A stretch of DNA of 62,990 bases, the filler included. It is 4 parts of 4 records of this genome, joined end to end, with 100 filler letters (N's around TTAATTAATTAA, not from the genome) between each part and the next. Parts side by side here need not be neighbours in the genome. Positions count along the whole stretch, not along the records: positions 42,504 to 62,990 come from DRR723986_4058; 3 more parts are not named here. The stretch is one strand, 5' to 3'. The notes below the pieces were generated by a model. That model saw nothing but the letters and a program-made list of their open reading frames with translations, searched no databases and had not been told where the DNA came from. Below, piece after piece: positions 56,633 through 62,990 of the stretch. Numbering within the stretch: position 1 is the first letter of the stretch; each line of letters begins with the position of its first letter. The position numbers were made by a program, and so were the translations under genes.

Positions 56633-59107
56633 CTACCGAACCTCAAACTGAACACTACCACTAACCGGAGATTCCACGACCCACCGGTTGCCCTGCTTCG
56701 CAGCCTCGACAGCGTTCCCGTTGGCATAAACAGCCGTGGATCCTTCGGCGGCTGGCAGGTCAACCGTGGCGGGCATACCTTCGGGCAAAGTCAGAGAGAG
56801 CTTGAATGTGGAGTCGTTTGTCCAGTCGACATGCACCGGGCCGCGAGGAGTGGGGACTTTGCCGCGTGCTGATTTCAGGTTGCCGGTCATTGGGCGAATG
56901 ACGGCCATTGTCCAACCAGGCTTGGCCGCTTGAGCGCCAAGCACGAAGCGAGGTAGGAGATTAGCGGGCGCGGCTCCCCAGGCATGGTTCCAGTCCTGAT
57001 TGGGCTTGTACTTCATGCCCCAGGCTTCCCACGTGATCGTCGTGCCGCTATTGACCATGTGCTTCCAACTACGGTCGCCGTCGGCCAGGATCAGGTCCAG
57101 AGCTTTGTCAGCCATTCCGCTTTCGAAAAGTGCCTCAAGATAGTACTGAGCTGCGTAGACACTGCACTGCATTTCCTTCTCTTCCAGCCACTTCAGCACT
57201 CCAGCTAGTTTGTCGGCGGGAACGATTCCGAAGGCCACAGGGAAGAAGTTCGCGTGAATGCTACTATGCTGTGTACCAACGCCGTCGCGATAGATGCCAG
57301 CGTCCTTGTCGAACAGTGCATCGTTGAATGCGTTTTCCGCCAGTTCGGCACGAGCCCTGAACGCTTTCGCATCAGTGGGTTTTCCGACTGCGGTCGCCAT
57401 TTCGGCCATCTGCTGAAGCGCTTTGATATGAAACGCATTGACGACAGTGTTAATCTCAGTAAACACGAACTCGTCGCGTTCTTTTTGAGGCCAATCGACG
57501 ATGTCGTGCCGCTTGCGATCCATTTCGCCACTACGAACCAGACCATCATCGCCACTGCGACCGAGCAATGTCTTCGTCTTCAGTGATTCGTATCGATGCT
57601 TCAACCATTCGTTATCGCCAGAGTACATCCATTCGGCGTGAGCCATGAACACCATGTGGGGAGCCCATTCCGTCGGCCACGTTCCGTTTTCCATCAGCCA
57701 ATCGAACGAACGAGCCGCCATGGTGACATCGTCGTCGGTTGTGTAGTGGCTGAGCTGGTTGAGATAGGCGTCTGCTTCGTAAGGGATTCGCTCACGGTCT
57801 CCGTCAACGTAAACACCTGCGAAGGTAGTGGCCTTGATACTGTACTTGCACAGGTCCCAGATGTGGTTGAGCGTTTGGTCCGAGCACTCAAATGCACTTG
57901 CTTCATCGTTCCAAGTGCTGGAAAAAGCCGCTCGACGTCGAATCAGATCGTAGTCGAAATCTTCTTCCAATCCCTCTATCTCGATCCAGCGAAAAGGCAT
58001 GATCGATCGCCATGAATCAGGCATGAGAACTGCTGGAGGATTCGCGAACATCACACCCGCCTGCTCGATATTACGAGCGTCCACAGGTGCCGGTACGATC
58101 CAGTTGCCGCGTTGTTGGCCAACTCGGATAGCCGTCATTCCGTAGCGAACGGTCCCGGGCGGTTCGCGGTCGATCCGTCCATCCTTTAGCTTCTCACCGA
58201 AGTGGACCTTCGCCGTACCTCGGCCTGTTTCAGGAACCGGCATGACGATGTTTCCGAACGCTACTTTTCCAAAGTCTATCAGGGTGACTTTGTCACTGAT
58301 TCGCTCAATCGCAACAGGTTGCTGCTCAATCAGTTCGCAGTGCTCATCGGCCGGGATCTGCGGCAGCTCCTTGATGAACAGGTTGCGAAAACGATAGGTC
58401 TGCCCCTTTTCACCGTGATGCTGAATGCCGATGTATCCAAGTGCGTCGGTCGCATCGCGAAAACGTACGGTTTGAACTCCATTCAATTCAATCGTGATCA
58501 AATCCTTGACGCACGTAATCACAAAGCGATTCCAACCGTTGCGATTCAGTGCATCACGAACCTTAGGCTCCGCGAAGAAGGCTTTAGACGCTTCTTCATG
58601 CTGGAGGAATTGGTCCGTCGAACGCCCTTTTGTACTCGGCCACACCCAGCCACGTCGACTTTCGTCATAGAATCCACCCGACCAACGCCGATCCGAACCA
58701 TCGCACTCCGCCTGATAGCCGTAGACGATTTTCTTGGCATCTTTATCAACGTGGCAACGGAACATGACACCTGAATTGGCGGGTCCTTCCGGAAGATGGA
58801 TGTCGACGCTTAATCGAAAATCCGAATACTGCTTCTCTGTGACCAGGAAAAATTTCTTGTTGGCCCGCAAATGAATCTCGCCGTCAACGACGCTGGCTTC
58901 ACCGTAAGCGTACGGATTAGTCCAGCCGCTCAGATCTTTGCCATTGAACAGTGGTGTATACCCACGACTCAACAACTCCTTGAATCCCGATTCGCCATCT
59001 TCGCTGAGCGAAGGTTTAGCAAGCGAGGCAACGGCTGACTCTTGAGCGAAGCTGATGGCGCATGGGCAACAGACAGCCAACAGCATGACGACAGATCGGA
59101 GAAGCAT
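56633..59107 (-). CDS. DUF1080 (3-keto-disaccharide hydrolase-like) domain fused to GH78 alpha-L-rhamnosidase
   Basis: PLFNGKDLSGW..NSGV..GYQ..WN..GYIGIQHHG..FRNL, then DFGKVAFG, YVDGDRERIPYEAD, TWEAW and WNHAWGAAP; probable ATG at 59107. Confidence 0.85.
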   Translation of the reverse strand: MLLRSVVMLLAVCCPCAISFAQESAVASLAKPSLSEDGESGFKELLSRGYTPLFNGKDLSGWTNPYAYGEASVVDGEIHLRANKKFFLVTEKQYSDFRLSVDIHLPEGPANSGVMFRCHVDKDAKKIVYGYQAECDGSDRRWSGGFYDESRRGWVWPSTKGRSTDQFLQHEEASKAFFAEPKVRDALNRNGWNRFVITCVKDLITIELNGVQTVRFRDATDALGYIGIQHHGEKGQTYRFRNLFIKELPQIPADEHCELIEQQPVAIERISDKVTLIDFGKVAFGNIVMPVPETGRGTAKVHFGEKLKDGRIDREPPGTVRYGMTAIRVGQQRGNWIVPAPVDARNIEQAGVMFANPPAVLMPDSWRSIMPFRWIEIEGLEEDFDYDLIRRRAAFSSTWNDEASAFECSDQTLNHIWDLCKYSIKATTFAGVYVDGDRERIPYEADAYLNQLSHYTTDDDVTMAARSFDWLMENGTWPTEWAPHMVFMAHAEWMYSGDNEWLKHRYESLKTKTLLGRSGDDGLVRSGEMDRKRHDIVDWPQKERDEFVFTEINTVVNAFHIKALQQMAEMATAVGKPTDAKAFRARAELAENAFNDALFDKDAGIYRDGVGTQHSSIHANFFPVAFGIVPADKLAGVLKWLEEKEMQCSVYAAQYYLEALFESGMADKALDLILADGDRSWKHMVNSGTTITWEAWGMKYKPNQDWNHAWGAAPANLLPRFVLGAQAAKPGWTMAVIRPMTGNLKSARGKVPTPRGPVHVDWTNDSTFKLSLTLPEGMPATVDLPAAEGSTAVYANGNAVEAAKQGNRWVVESPVSGSVQFEVR

Positions 59108-59198
59108 GAGTAACTCACAAGGGGTGCGCAACGGTAGCGTTGCATGGACAGGAACTGGGCAAAAGTTCAACTTCAGAACATCATGATTGCCGCGGTAA

Positions 59199-59396
59199 TC
59201 AGATCTCTACTTCACTCGCGTCAACTTGCAAATCGCGGCTCATCCACATCGGCGTGACGATGAACCATCCAATCGTGCCAGCCAACGCCGTCCACTTGAC
59301 GGTGTCCAGCTCAATCGTGCCAGCGAAAAACAGCATGCACGGAACTACGACGAGACTCAGTGTTAGTAGCGACAAAATCTTCGTGATATATTGCAT
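59199..59396 (-). CDS. Small two-TM membrane protein
   Basis: 65 aa with two hydrophobic helices; starts 12 nt after the permease stop on the same strand. Confidence 0.75.
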   Translation of the reverse strand: MQYITKILSLLTLSLVVVPCMLFFAGTIELDTVKWTALAGTIGWFIVTPMWMSRDLQVDASEVEI

Positions 59397-59408
59397 GGTA
59401 GGATCTCG

Positions 59409-60836
59409 CTAAACGTTTACTCGATTGTCGCTTGATGAACTCTGCGTCAACTTACTAAGCACGATAAACAGCACTCCGCACGCGACCCAGCATGGAATAA
59501 CGGCATAAGCAGCAAACACACCTTGCTTGAAAATCAAGTACAACCCTACGGCGACCGGCAGCAACCATGCGATCAAGACGGCGATGTTGAACGAGTTGCC
59601 GGTATGAGCGGCATACTCGCTTCGCAATCCAAACCGCTTCATCAGGTAGAAGTCGACGAAGATGACGGCGCCCATCGGTCCTAGCACTGTTCCGTACGTG
59701 CCGACAAAGTCGAGTAATTGTGCGGACAAATTTGGGAACGCCCCAGCAATCGTTGCAACGGCTCCTGCCACCAAGGTCATCGCAGTCCGTGAGCTCTTCG
59801 GAAGGATTCCCTGAAACGCAAGACCAGCGCGGTAGATCGTGGGATTTGCAGTCGTCCAGCCAGCGATTACCACACAGATAATGCCAGCCCAACCGAGTGA
59901 CTGAAACGCCAACAGGCCAGGGTTCGCAGTCACCTTGCCATCTTCACCGACCGCAAGCTCGGGCTGAATCTTGATGAGTGTCGCCAGCAGCAGAGCCGCT
60001 GATATCCAAGCCATATAGTGTCCAAGGAACATGCCGATGGCGGGTGCCCATCCGGAAGCTCTGCTCTTGGCGAAACGGAATATCGTGAGGTCCGACATTC
60101 CGAAGTGCATCGCTCCGTTGCACAACCAGGCGAACACAACAATTTGCCAGAACGGAAACTCATCTGGACCATTCTTCTCCTGGACAAAGGTGATTGCGTC
60201 GGACCAAAACTTCCCTTCGCTCAACGTGGCTACATTCGTCACATCCATCTGCGCGAGCGATACGATTCCGCAAGCGGCGAACACTGCGATCATCCAGGGA
60301 GCAGCGATATTGGCAAATCGGGCAACTCGCTCGTAGCCTCCCGCCGCGACCGCAGCAATTACGATGCCCACAACCACAACGAGCGCGGTAAAGGAAGGGT
60401 TGCTCAGTCCGAACATGTTGCTCGGTACGTCAAACGTAATGCCGAAAGGAACGCCCACCGCCGATGCTGACACAGTGACCATCGCGCCGGCAAGAAAGCA
60501 GAACAGCAGTCCATTCACAAGGTTGTAAAGCTTAACCAATGAGCCGCCAGCGATCCGCTCGAGCTGGTAGTAAAGGGTCAGTCGCTTGGAGGTCGCAATT
60601 GGCACCACCAGGAATCGCCATGTCAGCACCGCCAGGATGTTGCCGAGCAACAAACCGAGGATGAGGTCCGACAAGCTCGCACCAGCGGCCAGAAACAGGG
60701 GACCAATCATGAACTCAGTGCCGGCAGCGTGTTCGCCCGCATACATTCCCCAGAATTTCCCCGAACCTAAAAGGGCCGAATCCGGGACGGGTGCGCGTTC
60801 AAACTCTCCGCCTGAATTTGAAGATTCTTCACTCAT
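59409..60836 (-). CDS. NCS1/cytosine-permease-family transporter
   Basis: ~12 TM segments; EFERAPVP, AGEHAAGTEF, GWTTANPTIYRAG and PMGAVIFVDFY. Confidence 0.82.
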   Translation of the reverse strand: MSEESSNSGGEFERAPVPDSALLGSGKFWGMYAGEHAAGTEFMIGPLFLAAGASLSDLILGLLLGNILAVLTWRFLVVPIATSKRLTLYYQLERIAGGSLVKLYNLVNGLLFCFLAGAMVTVSASAVGVPFGITFDVPSNMFGLSNPSFTALVVVVGIVIAAVAAGGYERVARFANIAAPWMIAVFAACGIVSLAQMDVTNVATLSEGKFWSDAITFVQEKNGPDEFPFWQIVVFAWLCNGAMHFGMSDLTIFRFAKSRASGWAPAIGMFLGHYMAWISAALLLATLIKIQPELAVGEDGKVTANPGLLAFQSLGWAGIICVVIAGWTTANPTIYRAGLAFQGILPKSSRTAMTLVAGAVATIAGAFPNLSAQLLDFVGTYGTVLGPMGAVIFVDFYLMKRFGLRSEYAAHTGNSFNIAVLIAWLLPVAVGLYLIFKQGVFAAYAVIPCWVACGVLFIVLSKLTQSSSSDNRVNV

Positions 60837-60910
60837 GGATTTCTCGCCTATAGGTCCATCTTTTAGAATTCATGCTAGTGTTCTGCGGGCACGCCAGGCA
60901 CTCAGTAAAT

Positions 60911-60931
60911 TAGGGTGGGTAAAACCCACCA
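60911..60931 (+). repeat. Single REP-like hairpin between rhaA and the permease
   Basis: TAG-GGTGGGT-AAA-ACCCACC-A. Confidence 0.4.
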
Positions 60932-60954
60932 AGAGCTTCAACCACCTCAAATTG

Positions 60955-62238
60955 TTACACAAACGTCTTCTCGCCTTGCCGCAGCGATTGAACACTGGTT
61001 TCGTATTGTTGCACTTTCTCAAGCCATTGGGCGCCCACAGGAACGCCTGCCGTTTCACAGTAGTAATCCCAAACTGCACCGAGCGGCATTGTCTTCTGCT
61101 CTTCCATTAGTGCCAGTCGAGCGGTCAGGTCTCCGTCGCGTTCGAGCTGCTGCAGCTTGTCGGTCGGCTCAAGCAGGGCGGCCAACAGAGCTTTCAGGGC
61201 ATTGCGCGTTCCAATGGCCCAAGCGGCGACGCGATTGATGCTCGCGTCAAAGAAGTCCAATCCAATGTGAACTCGTTCCTGATAACCACCGCGCACGATT
61301 TCTTGCATGATCGCCTGCAGTTCGTCGCTGTAGGTCACAACATGGTCACTGTCCCAGCGGACCCCACGGCTAACGTGCAGCAGCAACTCCGGAACGTACA
61401 TTAGCGCCGAAGAGATCTTATCGGAAATCACTTCGGTTGGATGAAAGTGGCCCGCGTCCAGACACAGCACCTTGTTCCGTGAAATCGCATAGCCCATGTA
61501 GAACTCATGCGACCCAACGACGTAGCTTTCACTTCCAATCCCAAACAGTTTGCACTCGACTGCATCGAGCGTGTGCTCCCGCGGCAGGTCTTCTGCGAAA
61601 ATCTCGTCTAACGAATTCGCCAATCGCTCTCGCGGAGCCTTCCGACTTGCGGGTGTATCTTTGTAGCCGTCTGGCACCCAGTAGTTATTAACGCAAGGGC
61701 TGCCCTGGGCGGCCCCCATTGCAGCAGCGATCTTGCGGCTTGCGATGCCGTGATCGATCCAGAATTGACGAATGGCGGGATCTGCGTGAGACAGCGTGAA
61801 TCCGTCGGACGCTTTCGGATGAGAAAAGTAGCTGGGGTTGAAATCCAGTTTGATGTCTCGGTCGCGTGACCAGTCCATCCAACCTTGAAAGTGCTCCACG
61901 CCGATTGCATCTCGATCCACCGGAACGTCGAATTCGCCGTACAGCGCGTGGAGATTTAGGCGATGTTTGCCTGGGATCAACGAATACGCAAGCTCCAGGT
62001 CATCGCGAAGCTCGTCCGGTGTTCGCGCTCGGCCGGGATAATTGCCGGTTACCGCCAGCCCATCACCAAGCGCGCCCGATCCACCTTCAAATCCCGCGAC
62101 ATCATCACCCTGCCAGCAATGAACGGAGATTGCAATCTTGGAAAGCTGCTCGAGCGCGGCGTTCACGTCAACGCCCTGCGCCTGGTACAACTCCGTAGCA
62201 ATCTCAAAAGCGGCACCAACTCGATTTGCATGGCTCAT
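60955..62238 (-). CDS. rhaA: L-rhamnose isomerase
   Basis: [54 protein letters not shown] and [11 protein letters not shown]. Confidence 0.96.
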   Translation of the reverse strand: MSHANRVGAAFEIATELYQAQGVDVNAALEQLSKIAISVHCWQGDDVAGFEGGSGALGDGLAVTGNYPGRARTPDELRDDLELAYSLIPGKHRLNLHALYGEFDVPVDRDAIGVEHFQGWMDWSRDRDIKLDFNPSYFSHPKASDGFTLSHADPAIRQFWIDHGIASRKIAAAMGAAQGSPCVNNYWVPDGYKDTPASRKAPRERLANSLDEIFAEDLPREHTLDAVECKLFGIGSESYVVGSHEFYMGYAISRNKVLCLDAGHFHPTEVISDKISSALMYVPELLLHVSRGVRWDSDHVVTYSDELQAIMQEIVRGGYQERVHIGLDFFDASINRVAAWAIGTRNALKALLAALLEPTDKLQQLERDGDLTARLALMEEQKTMPLGAVWDYYCETAGVPVGAQWLEKVQQYETSVQSLRQGEKTFV

Positions 62239-62438
62239 GGCGATTGTCCTTAGGCCCCGTACGAACTCAGTGAATCCACATCTGCGAACGGAGTTTATCC
62301 GAGCCAGCGTGTCGAAACCTTGACGATCGAACCGAATACTAGCACAATAATCCCATCTTTAAACGCGACTCTCGCAGGCCGTGCGACCGCTAAGTCGGGT
62401 TGTTGGCAGAGAGACCACCATTAGCGTGCTATCATCAG

Positions 62439-62990
62439 ATGAAAGTGCTCAAGAAACAGGACTGGTTTCATGCGGACGGCTTTCCGATCGTGGTCGAGCG
62501 GCGAGATCCTCAAGAGCCCTTCGGTCTGCACTGCCACGAATTCTCTGAGATCGTGATCATCACGGGAGGAACCGGCGTCCACATCACAGGCGAGGACAGC
62601 TATGAATTGAAGGCAGGCGATACGTTCGTGATCGGCGGGGAGCGACCTCATGACTACTTGAACATGGATCGGTTAAGCCTGATAAACATTCTGTTCGATC
62701 CTACCGAGCTGCCGATGTCGCTCGGTGATTTGCAATCCTTGTCCGGCTACCACGCCCTTTTTACGCTCGAGCCTGCATCGCGCCAGCGGCATCAATTCAC
62801 TAGTCGCTTGCAATTGAGCCCCGCCGAGATCGCTGAAACGCTTCGTTTAGTTGACAAGCTAGACAACGAATTGTCTTCGCGTCGTCCGGGATTTGAAGTG
62901 ATGGCAATCGCCGCCATGCTTGAGCTGGTGACGTTCTTTTCCCGCTGCTACAGCGAAACGCGCAATCCCGCGAGCAAAACGCTCATTCGC
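62439..62990 (+). CDS. AraC-family RhaS/RhaR-like regulator, 3'-truncated at window end (absent from the ORF track)
   Basis: Own translation [48 protein letters not shown]..., matching the RhaS/RhaR cupin sensor domain; divergent from rhaA; open to the end of the window. Confidence 0.88.
   Translation, partial: MKVLKKQDWFHADGFPIVVERRDPQEPFGLHCHEFSEIVIITGGTGVHITGEDSYELKAGDTFVIGGERPHDYLNMDRLSLINILFDPTELPMSLGDLQSLSGYHALFTLEPASRQRHQFTSRLQLSPAEIAETLRLVDKLDNELSSRRPGFEVMAIAAMLELVTFFSRCYSETRNPASKTLIR

Overview
The window is not one locus. It is four unrelated contigs joined by three artificial 100-nt linkers (N-runs around TTAATTAATTAA at 14589-14688, 33308-33407 and 42404-42503). Contig 1 (1-14588; high GC, Rhodobacteraceae-like): the end of a fructose ABC operon (frcC, frcA, frcK plus a PfkB kinase), a LacI regulator with candidate operators, an IolI-like TIM barrel, a sugar/inositol ABC transporter and iolG-iolC(DUF2090)-iolD-iolE-small membrane protein-iolB. 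Contig 2 (14689-33307; moderate GC, FCB-group-like because of T9SS C-terminal domains): MarR, an orphan pseudo-receiver histidine kinase, three large T9SS-type secreted proteins, a barrel/double-OmpA protein, a Ser/Thr dehydratase, an SCP2 protein and short repeats. Contig 3 (33408-42403; Rhodobacteraceae-like): the 3' part of a C-terminally short dnaE2 coupled to a cupin, a bacterial PARG (TIGR02452), pip, ubiG, DUF2189, MarR, nitrilase, grxC, comF, a methyltransferase and partial hemH. Contig 4 (42504-62990; Planctomycetes/Pirellulaceae-like): a ~20-kb co-oriented L-rhamnose / sulfated-rhamnan (ulvan-like) utilisation locus. It holds a RhaS/RhaR-like regulator, rhaA, an NCS1 permease with a 65-aa membrane partner, DUF1080-GH78, a Tat-exported Cys/His-rich protein, three sulfatases, GH106, and a GH78 fused to a nucleoside-hydrolase-fold domain with an inserted SUEL-lectin-like module; GTAG-type REP elements lie in its intergenic regions. 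The best candidate for undescribed biology is the contig 4 locus (unusual fusions and a possible new rhamnose transporter). No rRNA, tRNA, CRISPR array, transposase or integrase was recognised. All family and taxon assignments are by-eye motif recognition, not database searches.
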